DNA of 64,000 nt, taken from assembly GCA_965206595.1 (NCBI GenBank), contig OZ242214.1, positions 6,592,001-6,656,000 of the forward strand, in the 5' to 3' direction. This document shows positions 10,527 to 19,329 of the stretch, in pieces (the first letter of the stretch is position 1; each line of letters begins with the position of its first letter). Under the pieces are notes generated by a model. The model searched no databases. It was not told the origin of the DNA and saw only the letters and a list, made by a program, of their open reading frames with translations. A program made the position numbers and the translations under genes. The DNA is from Candidatus Latescibacterota bacterium (GTDB lineage: Bacteria; Latescibacterota; UBA2968; UBA8231).

Positions 10527-11333
10527 TCAGGCGAAGCGGTATTCCGGGGGATCGAAGAGGAATCCGTGGAACAGCTTGCGGCGCTCGGACGAGAGGGCGT
10601 TGTAGAACCCGGGCGGATAGCTCCAGTGTTCGGGGTTGCCCATGATCCAGGGGACCTCGTAGGCGTAATACAGCATGATGCGCCTGCCGCCGGGGCGCCG
10701 CTTGGGGCCGCGGGAGTGCCACAGGGCGTTGTGAAACAGGACCGCCGTGCCCCGAGGACCGCAGACCTGCACCGCCTCTGGAAGCGTATCGAATCCCCAC
10801 AGCTGCTCCGGGCCCGGCTCGTCGTCGTCGCGGTGGGACCCCGGGACGATCACCAGGTTCCCTTGATCCGGTTGGGTCATGTCCGACAGGATGTAACCAA
10901 TCTTCAGCTGGAGAAGCGGGATCCGCGGGCGCAGATTGCGGTAGCCGCGGTCGGCGCCGTCGATGTGCCACCCCGGCTCGCGCTCGCAGACCCCCTGTTC
11001 CCAGATGGCGTCGGAGGCGTGGAAGTGGGCCTCCTCGTGAAGCAGGGTGCGCACGTACGGCATGATGGCGCCGTAGTCGACGAGCTCGAGGAACTCCGGA
11101 TCGTCGTCGAGGATGTGGAAGATGCGCCGGTCCGCCCCCTCGATGGCGATCCGCTTTCCCGGGCTGTTCGGGGGGACGCCCTCGCGCTCGAGGAGGGCAC
11201 GCCGTTCCATCGCCGCGCCCAGCCGATCCGCGAGTTTTTCGACCAGGGCCGCGGGCAGAAACGAGTCGAGCTGCAGGTACCCCTTCGAATCGAAGAAGCC
11301 CCGCTCGCCGGCGGTAGGTCGCGTTTCCGTCAT
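10527..11333 (-). CDS. Phytanoyl-CoA dioxygenase (PhyH) family Fe(II)/2OG oxygenase
   Basis: WHID (HxD), GNLVIVPGSH, distal His in LWH. Confidence 0.85.
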   Translation of the reverse strand: MTETRPTAGERGFFDSKGYLQLDSFLPAALVEKLADRLGAAMERRALLEREGVPPNSPGKRIAIEGADRRIFHILDDDPEFLELVDYGAIMPYVRTLLHEEAHFHASDAIWEQGVCEREPGWHIDGADRGYRNLRPRIPLLQLKIGYILSDMTQPDQGNLVIVPGSHRDDDEPGPEQLWGFDTLPEAVQVCGPRGTAVLFHNALWHSRGPKRRPGGRRIMLYYAYEVPWIMGNPEHWSYPPGFYNALSSERRKLFHGFLFDPPEYRFA

Positions 11334-11470
11334 GGCCGGAACGGTACACTGTTGCATGGGGGGGGTTCAAGCGCTGAGAAGCCACGGCGTCCATCCGGAA
11401 ATCCTGATCTGCCGGTCGTCTGCCGCACCAGAAGGTCTTACCGGAAGTAGGGGAGGGGCGGTCGGATTCG

Positions 11471-12118
11471 CTATTCGATCAACCGCGGTTTCTCGCGCCG
11501 CAACAGCCCGTCTCCGTCGTTGATCCTGGCGCCGGAAGGAGCGCGAACCGGCCCGGACAGCAGTGGATCGCCGGTCTCTTTTATCCACTGATCCCGACGC
11601 CCGCGCATCAGGCCAAGAACTCCGGCCCCGCCGCGATCGGCCGCGAGGTTGCGCGCCTCGTTCGGGCCTGATGCCAGGTCGTACAGCTGCTCCGCCTCCG
11701 GCGCCGGGAGGGTTGCCCAGGAACTCGGCGGCGGCCGGGGCCGCTTCCGAGGCGCTGTTGGAGTCCGTATCGAGCACCTGGAGGCACCCCAGCTCCGCGT
11801 CGCGGTGCCCACGTGCTGGACACCGGGGAGTACGGTGTGGTACCCGCACTCCCCAATACGCGCGCCAGATGCCGGCGGGAGTCCGCCAGCGAGAAGCCGC
11901 GGTGCACCAGCCCCAGCATGCCGCTGCAGGGGGCCCACTTGCCCGTCAACAGCGCCGCCCAGCTCGGCTCCGCAGGTCGGTGCAGCGCAGAAGGCGCTCC
12001 GGAACAGCAGGCCCTGTTCGGCGAGCTCCTGTAGGACGGGGACTGCACCGTGTCCGTAGGGCTGCACGTAGCGGCCCGTATCGTGGGAATGCAGGTAGAC
12101 GACATCGAGTGATTTCAT
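11471..12118 (-). pseudogene. Degraded sulfatase (N-sulfoglucosamine sulfohydrolase-like)
   Basis: Sulfatase segments spread over three frames: YLHSHDTGRY..AFCAAPTC / PSWAALLTG..GMLGLVHRGF / GYHTVLPGVQHV / EQLYDL..PNE.RNLA..TGDPLL; central region missing. Confidence 0.8.
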
Positions 12119-12140
12119 GATTTCACCTGCGGAGGCCAAG

Positions 12141-12182
12141 TTGACAGCACCCTGCCATCCTGTAGGTTTAGTCGCGACTAAA
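12141..12182 (+). promoter_or_regulatory. mntR promoter with overlapping DtxR/MntR-type operator
   Basis: TTGACA (12141-12146), N16, TAGGTT (12163-12168); perfect palindrome TTTAGTCGCGACTAAA at 12167-12182. Confidence 0.75.
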
Positions 12183-12231
12183 AATCAGCCTCGATTGTGC
12201 GCGATTCAGTTGAAATACAGGTAACCCGGCG

Positions 12232-12954
12232 TTGACCCCGAAGAGCGACAGGCTCCCACCAGACGGGACGATCAGCGAGTCGGTCCAGGACTACCTGAAG
12301 GCGATATACAAGCTTTCCAACAGCCCGGATACGGAGCAATCCGGCGACGGATCGGTTACCACCTCCCTGCTCGCCGAGCGCATGCAGGTCTCGGCGGCTT
12401 CGGCGACCAACATGATCAAGAAACTGGCGGAGATGCGCTTGCTCCGGCACCGCCCCTACCAGGGGGTGCGGCTGACGGGCGCGGGCGAAAAAATGGCTCT
12501 CGAAATCATCCGCCACCACCGCCTGCTCGAGCTCTACCTGGCGCAGGCCCTCGGGTACGGGTGGGACCGTGTCGACGCCGAGGCGGAGCGTCTTGAACAC
12601 GCCATCTCCGAGGACTTCGAAGACCACATCGACCGCGCCATGGGGTACCCGACCGTGGGTGCCCACGGCGAGCCGATTCCCTCCAAGGAGGGAATCATCG
12701 CCGTCCACGACTACCAGCGGTTGTCGGATATCGAATCTGGACAGGTGGTCTGCATCTCGCAGGTCAGCGACCGAAGCCCCGAGCTGCTGCGCTATCTCGA
12801 CGAGAAGGGACTTCACCTCGGCACCGAGCTGGAGGTTCGCGACAAGGCCCCTTTCAGCGGCTCGATGCTCATCGCGATCCGCGAGTGCGAGCACCACCTC
12901 GGCCTCGAGGTCGCCGATCAGATCTTCGTCGCCCTGGTCGATGGCGGGGGCTGA
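12232..12954 (+). CDS. mntR: DtxR/MntR family metal-dependent repressor with C-terminal FeoA/SH3 domain
   Basis: QDYLKAIYKL, HTH, HHRLLELYL, EAERLEHAIS, HGEPIP, FeoA-like tail. Confidence 0.9.
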   Translation: MTPKSDRLPPDGTISESVQDYLKAIYKLSNSPDTEQSGDGSVTTSLLAERMQVSAASATNMIKKLAEMRLLRHRPYQGVRLTGAGEKMALEIIRHHRLLELYLAQALGYGWDRVDAEAERLEHAISEDFEDHIDRAMGYPTVGAHGEPIPSKEGIIAVHDYQRLSDIESGQVVCISQVSDRSPELLRYLDEKGLHLGTELEVRDKAPFSGSMLIAIRECEHHLGLEVADQIFVALVDGGG

Positions 12955-12957
12955 CGG

Positions 12958-13575
12958 CTACTCGTGGGGCCCGTATCCGTTCGATTTCACCCGGCGCTGC
13001 TGCTCCAGGCGCAGGCGCAGCTTCGGCAGCACTTCTTCGAAGTGATCGCAGAGGTAGCGCAGGCGTTCGCTCTCGCTGAGCATCTCCATCACCCTTTGCT
13101 TCTGCTTCAGGTCGAAACCACAGTTGACGGCGATCTCGAAGGCCGTCGCGTCCCTCCCGACCTCCTCGTCCGCTCCGGGAGCCGCCAGGGCAAGCAGCTC
13201 ACGGTAGGCGTCCCCCGCTTCCCGGGCCAGGGCCGGGTCGCCGGTTTCGCCGGCATCCTCGAGGAGCTCGACACGCCCCTGCAGGTACGGCTTGTCCTCG
13301 ATCACCTCGAGGGTGCGGTAGCGCTGTCTGCCGACGGTGACGATATGCATCGAACCGTCCGCATGACGCTTCGCTATCTCCGAGACCACCGCGGTGCAGC
13401 CGACCTCGGCGACTTCGCCATCGTCGAACAGCGAGATCCCGAACGGCGCGAACTCACCGGTTCCTTCCGGCTCGCAGTCGGCGATCATCGCCTTGTAGCG
13501 CTCCTCGAAAATGTAGAGCGGCACCGTCTGTCCCGGGTAGACGACGACGGCGAGAGGGAACAGTGGGATCAGCAT
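12958..13575 (-). CDS. LON peptidase substrate-binding domain protein
   Basis: IPLFPL..VVYPG..PLYIFEERYKAMI, VGCTA, GRQRY. Confidence 0.85.
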   Translation of the reverse strand: MLIPLFPLAVVVYPGQTVPLYIFEERYKAMIADCEPEGTGEFAPFGISLFDDGEVAEVGCTAVVSEIAKRHADGSMHIVTVGRQRYRTLEVIEDKPYLQGRVELLEDAGETGDPALAREAGDAYRELLALAAPGADEEVGRDATAFEIAVNCGFDLKQKQRVMEMLSESERLRYLCDHFEEVLPKLRLRLEQQRRVKSNGYGPHE

Positions 13576-13646
13576 CGGCCGGGAACGGTTTTTTTCGCCA
13601 TGGGTGCCTTTTGCGTGAATCCAATCGCCGTCGGTCCGCAGGAATC

Positions 13647-13946
13647 ATGACCGACTACTACACCCCCGCCTCCGAAGAGCATATCGAGAGAGAGAAGCAG
13701 AAGGGGCGGGAGCTGCGCCGGAGCCAGTGGTGGAAGAACAGGTGCGGCGAGGGCAGATGCCACTACTGCAACGGGCGCTTCCACCCCAGGGAACTGACCA
13801 TGGATCACGTCGTGCCTGTCGTTCGCGGAGGCTTCTCGGTCAAGAGCAACGTCGTCCCCTGCTGCACCGAATGCAATGCTACAAAGGGCGATCTCGTCCC
13901 TGTCGAATGGACGGAGTACCTCGAGCGCCTCGGCGGACGCAGCTGA
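13647..13946 (+). CDS. Stand-alone HNH endonuclease domain protein
   Basis: CHYC, TMDHVVP..GG, NVVPCCTECNATKG. Confidence 0.85.
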   Translation: MTDYYTPASEEHIEREKQKGRELRRSQWWKNRCGEGRCHYCNGRFHPRELTMDHVVPVVRGGFSVKSNVVPCCTECNATKGDLVPVEWTEYLERLGGRS

Positions 13947-14116
13947 CGATTCCGGGTCCCCTTCCCGACCTCCCGACACCCGCCGCTGCCGCCCCGCCCT
14001 TTCAGTAGATTTCTCTCGCCTTCCCGGGCGCCGGGATGGGCGCCCGTCCAACCGGTGCTGTTGCCCTGTGCCGGCCTCTCGTTGAGTCCCGCACAGGACG
14101 GCACCACGGTTCCCGC

Positions 14117-15082
14117 CTAGTGGTAGTGCCGGATTCCGTCGATGGCAGCCCGTACTTCCTCGGCCACCTCGGCGGGAACCCGGGGATTGAACGGCCCCCC
14201 TTCGCCGGCTACCACGTCCTGCCAGCCGCCGGCATGCATCGCCTCGACTACGGCGGAGTAGTTGTACATGCGCCCGTCGCGGAAGCGGATCTCCTCCAGC
14301 GCCGCGAGCTCTCCTTCGACCTTGAGCGAGACCTCGTAGTCGCCGCGGCGCTGGGCGTTGTTGATCTCGTCGGAGGCCTTCGAGAAGGCGATGTTGATGC
14401 CCGATGTGTGCCCGCTCGCACCGAGCTCGGCGGCACGGGTCGAGCGGTCGCCGATGCCCCAGATGACCATGCCGCGACTGCGGTCGACTTGCTCCACCAG
14501 GGGCACAACGTCCTCGTCACGGGTCCCGACCTTGACCCCTATGAAATGCGGCGAGTCGTTGACGAGCCCGACCACGTACGGGATCTGTTCCGGGGACCGC
14601 AGGTAGTAGAGCAGCCGCGCCCCGCACTCGCCTGCCCGCTCGGCGAACTCCATGTAGGTGTCGTAAAGCCCCGCAGGCTGGATGATCCCGGTCAGCGGCA
14701 TCACGAGATAGACGTCGGGGGGATGGTCGAGTGCGGACATGGTCTCGATCAGCCGGGCGGCGTCGGAAAGGGGGTTCGGCGCTATGCCGGCCATCAGCAC
14801 CCCCCTTCCTGCCATGCGCTCGCCGGCGACCTCCATCAGGCGGACCTGGTCTTCGCCGGATATGTGATGGACCAGGCTGGTACCGGCGACGGCGATGGCG
14901 CGCCGCCGGTCCCCCTCGAGATGGTTGGTGTTCATCAGGTAATCGACGTTTGTCGCGTGCCCCTCGAAGTCGACCTCTCCATTCCTGAACGGCACCACGG
15001 GAATCGAAATCACCGTGTCGAGGGCGTCGCGGAGCTCGTCGGTCTCCAGTCCGGGGCTCGCGGTATTCGTCAGTACTGTCAT
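14117..15082 (-). CDS. DapA/class I aldolase family protein
   Basis: SIPVVPF..GEVDF, LLYY, GVKVG with Schiff-base Lys, GHTSG. Confidence 0.75.
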   Translation of the reverse strand: MTVLTNTASPGLETDELRDALDTVISIPVVPFRNGEVDFEGHATNVDYLMNTNHLEGDRRRAIAVAGTSLVHHISGEDQVRLMEVAGERMAGRGVLMAGIAPNPLSDAARLIETMSALDHPPDVYLVMPLTGIIQPAGLYDTYMEFAERAGECGARLLYYLRSPEQIPYVVGLVNDSPHFIGVKVGTRDEDVVPLVEQVDRSRGMVIWGIGDRSTRAAELGASGHTSGINIAFSKASDEINNAQRRGDYEVSLKVEGELAALEEIRFRDGRMYNYSAVVEAMHAGGWQDVVAGEGGPFNPRVPAEVAEEVRAAIDGIRHYH

Positions 15083-15193
15083 CGCAGCTGATTCCTCCGG
15101 TTTGGTTGGCAGGCTTTACGGTATCCGGGAGCCCGGTCGCTGTCAATTCACCGGCGGCCGGCATGAAGCCAAGGCTTCTCCTCCGGAAATGGC

Positions 15194-16294
15194 TTATCTG
15201 CGGATCCCGAAGAAGGACATGTCGCGCGACGCTTGCCCGGCGACGATCCAATCGGCGAGGACCCGACCGGTCAGCGGGCCGAGAAGCACCCCATTCCTGT
15301 AATGGCCGCTGGCGACGAAAAGGCGCGCGGACGGATCGACCGGGCCGATCACCGGCTTTCCTTTGCGAGGCTTGGGGCGCAGCCCCGCGGCCTGCGAGAG
15401 CAGGATCGATTCCATGTCGAGCACGCGGCCAAACACCCCCGCGAACTCCGCCGCGGCCGCCTCCGTGGTCCGGGTATCGAAGCCGACCTCCTCCACGGTC
15501 GCCCCGACGACGATGGCATCCCCGGCCGGGATCAGGTGATGCCCCCCCCAGCGCAGCAAGTGGCCGATCTCGCTTCCCCCGCGGTAACGGCAGTGCTGCC
15601 CGCGCACCGGCCTGATGCGGGGCCCGCCAGCCGCTTCCGCGACCAGCTCCCCGGTCCAGGAGCCGGCGGCGAGAACGGCGAAATCGAAGCGCTCCTCCCG
15701 GTTCTGGGTCTCCTCCCCGATCCAGGCCTTTACACCGCCGCCCCCGGCTTCGATCCGCAGCAGCTCGCAGCCGAGCCGAACCACGGCGCCGCGCTGCGCC
15801 GCAGCGGTGCGCAGGGCATGCCCCAGGGCCGGTGGATCGACGCGGTGATCGTCGGGGAAATAGACCCCGCCGCTGACATCGAAGGACACCTTGGGCTCAA
15901 GGCGGCGCACCCTGTCGTGGTCGAGCCACTCCCAGCGGCAATTGCGCCCTCGGTCCCGCAGCCGGGATCGAGCCTCTTCGACTTCCGCGTCTCCGAAGGC
16001 GAGGTCGATTCCACCCAGGGCTCTCCAGCCGACGTCGAGACCGGTCTCCTCCCGCAGCTGCCGGGCAAGCTCGGCGTGCAGGGCGTGGGCGTCCCGGTAA
16101 AAGGTCGAGTACGGGTCATCGCCGCCTTGGAAATGAGTCAGGACTCCGAGGGAGGCGCGCGTCGTCGCCGACGGATCGGGGTCGCGGTCGATCATCTGCA
16201 CGCGCGCCTCCCGGCAGGCGAGAAAGTAGCCGGCGCAGCTCCCGACGATCCCGGCGCCGACTACGAGCACGCTGGGTCGATCAGGGGACGCCAC
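15194..16294 (-). CDS. FAD-dependent oxidoreductase (glycine oxidase ThiO/DAO family)
   Basis: GAGIVG, LAAGSW, PVRGQ, GATVEEVGFD, AGLRP, GHYRNGVLLGP. Confidence 0.85.
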   Translation of the reverse strand: MASPDRPSVLVVGAGIVGSCAGYFLACREARVQMIDRDPDPSATTRASLGVLTHFQGGDDPYSTFYRDAHALHAELARQLREETGLDVGWRALGGIDLAFGDAEVEEARSRLRDRGRNCRWEWLDHDRVRRLEPKVSFDVSGGVYFPDDHRVDPPALGHALRTAAAQRGAVVRLGCELLRIEAGGGGVKAWIGEETQNREERFDFAVLAAGSWTGELVAEAAGGPRIRPVRGQHCRYRGGSEIGHLLRWGGHHLIPAGDAIVVGATVEEVGFDTRTTEAAAAEFAGVFGRVLDMESILLSQAAGLRPKPRKGKPVIGPVDPSARLFVASGHYRNGVLLGPLTGRVLADWIVAGQASRDMSFFGIRR

Positions 16295-16376
16295 GGCGGC
16301 TCCGTGTGCTTGACGGTATTCGGGACCGCCTCCATTGTTTGGTGCCTGACACGACTAGTGCGGAGGGAAAAAGAGG

Positions 16377-17177
16377 ATGCGCATCATCCGGTTCATCGAC
16401 GAGGAAGGTCAGACCTGTTTCGGGGAGGAGGGAGACGGCCGCCATGCGGCCCTGCTGTCCGGAGACCTGTACTCCGGGCTGACGCCGACAGGTGAGACGA
16501 GGAAGGTCTCCAAGCTGCTGGCCCCGGTCGACCCGGTTAACATCTTCTGCATTGGCCTCAACTACCGGGAGCACGCCAAAGAGTCGGGTGTCGACATCCC
16601 CGAACGCCCGGTCGTGTTCATGAAGCCGACCAGCGCCCTGAACCATCCCGGGGATCCCATTCGCCTGCCCTCCTGCCAGCACGGCGAGGAGACCGACTAC
16701 GAATGCGAGCTTGCCGTCGTCATCGGCAGGCGCTGCCGCGGCGTCTCCCAGTCGAACGCCCTCGATTTCGTGCTCGGCTACACCTGCGGCCACGACGTCT
16801 CGGCGCGCACCTGGCAGCTCCAGGGGGGCGGCGGACAGTGGATCCGGGGCAAGGGTTTCGACACCTTCTGCCCGCTGGGGCCGGTCCTGGTGACCGCCGA
16901 CGACATTCCCGACCCCCAGACGTTGGGCATCAGGACGCTGCTGAACGGCGAAACCATGCAGGACCACACCACGGGAGACATGATCTTCTCCGTTCGCGAG
17001 CTGATCGCTTTCCTGAGCCAGGATACGACCCTGTTGCCGGGAACGGTGATTCTGACGGGGACGCCGCAGGGAGTAGGGTTCGCCCGCACGCCGCCGGTCT
17101 GGCTGCGGGAAGGCGACGAGGTCGTTATCGAAGTGGAGAAGATCGGCAGGCTGCGCAACCCGGTGGCCGGCGCCTGA
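16377..17177 (+). CDS. Fumarylacetoacetate hydrolase family protein
   Basis: IGLNYREH, DYECEL, DVSAR, GKGFDTFCPLGP, ILTGTPQGVG. Confidence 0.92.
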   Translation: MRIIRFIDEEGQTCFGEEGDGRHAALLSGDLYSGLTPTGETRKVSKLLAPVDPVNIFCIGLNYREHAKESGVDIPERPVVFMKPTSALNHPGDPIRLPSCQHGEETDYECELAVVIGRRCRGVSQSNALDFVLGYTCGHDVSARTWQLQGGGGQWIRGKGFDTFCPLGPVLVTADDIPDPQTLGIRTLLNGETMQDHTTGDMIFSVRELIAFLSQDTTLLPGTVILTGTPQGVGFARTPPVWLREGDEVVIEVEKIGRLRNPVAGA

Positions 17178-17181
17178 CTGC

Positions 17182-18444
17182 TCACGCCGCGGGCTCGTAC
17201 AGGCTGAGCCGGTCCAAGCCTTCCTCTATATCGGGCTGGCCGTATCCGTAGAACCCGGCGAGCCTCTCAAGCACCCCGTTCATCAGGACATCTGGACAGG
17301 ACGCTCCGGAGGTCACGGCGATGGTAACCGGAGCCTTCGCCGGAAGCCAGTTGTTGGAGATCGTCAGTTCCTTGGCGTGGATGTCGAAGTGCCGGATGCG
17401 CTCCCGCGACAGCAGCTCCTCCTTGCCGCCGATCAGGTAGCTAGGCATCATCTCCGAGCAGATCTCCGCCAGGTGGGAGGTGTTGAAGCTGTTGTAACCG
17501 CCGACGATGATGGCGACGTCCGGCTGCGCCTCGAGCAGTCCCTTGGTGGCATTCTGATTCCGGTTCGTCGCGTAACAGAGCGTATCGTTGGTATCGGCGA
17601 AGTGGTAGTCGAGGTTGTCGTCGCCGTACCTGCGTTGCATCGCCGCGCGAATGATGTTCGCGACCTCTTTCGTCTCTTCGGCGAGCATCGTCGTCTGGTT
17701 GACCACGGCGATGCGAGTCAGATCGGTACCGGGATCGAATCCCTGCGACCACTTCCCCGAGAACTCCTCGGTGAACTCCTCCTCGGAAACGGCGCCGGCG
17801 ATGAAGGCGGCGACCCGGGTGGCGTCCTGTCTGTCGGGCACGACGAGCGTCTTGGCATGCTGCTTCGTGTGCGAGTGGGTCGCCTGCGTCTCCTCGTGCA
17901 GGAACTTCCCGTGAATGAGGATCGTGTAGCCCTCCTGTCCGAGCTCCTGCCCCCTGTCCCAAACCCTGGAAACGAACGGACACGTGGTGTCGTAGCGCTC
18001 GCGGTACTCCTCCGAATCGGTGTCGAGACCTGCCTGCTTCAGCGACTCCTCGATCTCCAGGGTGGTGCCGAAAGCGGGGATCATGACGATGTCTTCCCTG
18101 CCGATCTCCTCCTGGGAGATGCGGCGATCCCCGTCGGAATCGAAAATGAAGTCGATGCCCCTTTCTTTCAGGTCGTTGTTGACCAGGGGATTGTGGATGA
18201 TCTCGCTGACCAGGTGGACCGGACGACCGGGGTGTTCCTCGAGCGCGGAGAAGGCCATGTGGATGGCGCGCTCGACGCCGAAACAGAAGCCGAAATGCCG
18301 GGGGATCAGGAATTCCAGGTCCCCGACAGGGAGGCGGGTGGAGCGCAGTGACCGCTTGCCGACTTCCTGGCGAAAGTCCTTGATGCGCTGGATGATAGCC
18401 CCCTCGTAATGATTGGGCACTCTGTCGAATTTGGAGTATTCCAT
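17182..18444 (-). CDS. ispH: 4-hydroxy-3-methylbut-2-enyl diphosphate reductase
   Basis: FGFCFGVERA, IIHNP, DTTCPFV, NQTT, DTLCYATN.NQ, TSGASCPD. Confidence 0.93.
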   Translation of the reverse strand: MEYSKFDRVPNHYEGAIIQRIKDFRQEVGKRSLRSTRLPVGDLEFLIPRHFGFCFGVERAIHMAFSALEEHPGRPVHLVSEIIHNPLVNNDLKERGIDFIFDSDGDRRISQEEIGREDIVMIPAFGTTLEIEESLKQAGLDTDSEEYRERYDTTCPFVSRVWDRGQELGQEGYTILIHGKFLHEETQATHSHTKQHAKTLVVPDRQDATRVAAFIAGAVSEEEFTEEFSGKWSQGFDPGTDLTRIAVVNQTTMLAEETKEVANIIRAAMQRRYGDDNLDYHFADTNDTLCYATNRNQNATKGLLEAQPDVAIIVGGYNSFNTSHLAEICSEMMPSYLIGGKEELLSRERIRHFDIHAKELTISNNWLPAKAPVTIAVTSGASCPDVLMNGVLERLAGFYGYGQPDIEEGLDRLSLYEPAA

Positions 18445-18645
18445 ATTAGATAAGGGCCTTCCGTTTTGCCGCTGAATCTACGTTCGCGGGGACCCCTGTC
18501 AAACGCTACCTGTAGTCCCTGGGAAACCCCGAAAGGGCCCGGAGCCGACACGGAATCCGAACAGGTGCAGCCGGTATTTACGCACTGGATGCAGTCCAGC
18601 GTCATTTCACCCATTCCCGGCCGGGAACACTATATATTGGCAGCG

Positions 18646-19329
18646 ATGAATTCACCCATTCAGGCGGTCGTCCTTGTCAGCGGCGGCCTCGACAGCTGCG
18701 TGACAGCATCCGAAGCTGCCCTCGCCATCGGCGACCCCGGCGCGCTCGGTTTCCTCCATGTCAGCTACGGCCAGCGCACCGCCGAGCGCGAATTCGCCGC
18801 TTTCGAGGAGATCGCCGAACATTTCGGCGTTTCCCACCGACTCCTCGCCGACGCCGGCCACCTCGCCGCTATTGGAGGCTCTTCTCTGACCTGCCCGGGA
18901 TTTCCCGCAGGCGACAGGAACGGAGAGCCCGTCCCTTCGACATACCTCCCGTTTCGCAATGCCAACCTGCTCGCCATCGCGGCCGCCTGGGCCGAAGCTG
19001 CCGGAGCGAGGTCGGTTTTCCTCGGTGCCCACGAGCGCGACTGTCCGTACCCCGACTGCCGCGCCGTTTTCTTCGCGGCGTTCGCCCGGGCAATCGAAAC
19101 CGGAACGCGGCCAGAAACCGCCATCTCCGTCGAGACGCCCCTGCTCGCCCTCGATAAGCCGGGGATCGTGAAACGGGGACTCGAGCTCGGTGCACCATTG
19201 CACCTGACCTGGTCCTGTTACGTGGGCAGCGAGGCCCCCTGTGGCGAGTGTCACAGCTGCGAGCTGCGGCAGCGGGGGTTCCGCGACGCCGGAGTCGAGG
19301 ATCCCCTTTTCGCCACGGAGCCGCGCTGA
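18646..19329 (+). CDS. queC: 7-cyano-7-deazaguanine synthase
   Basis: SGGLDS PP-loop, YGQR, PSTYLPFRN, YPDCR, TWSCY..PCGECHSC zinc site. Confidence 0.93.
   Translation: MNSPIQAVVLVSGGLDSCVTASEAALAIGDPGALGFLHVSYGQRTAEREFAAFEEIAEHFGVSHRLLADAGHLAAIGGSSLTCPGFPAGDRNGEPVPSTYLPFRNANLLAIAAAWAEAAGARSVFLGAHERDCPYPDCRAVFFAAFARAIETGTRPETAISVETPLLALDKPGIVKRGLELGAPLHLTWSCYVGSEAPCGECHSCELRQRGFRDAGVEDPLFATEPR

Noticed and set aside
13647-13946. HNH gene as marker of a defence island or mobile element
   Set aside because: Stand-alone small HNH with host-like codon usage and no DNA methyltransferase, ATPase, integrase or repeats nearby
18445-18645. preQ1 riboswitch upstream of queC
   Set aside because: No recognisable preQ1 hairpin with A-rich tail; the putative -10 lies only 7 nt from the start codon
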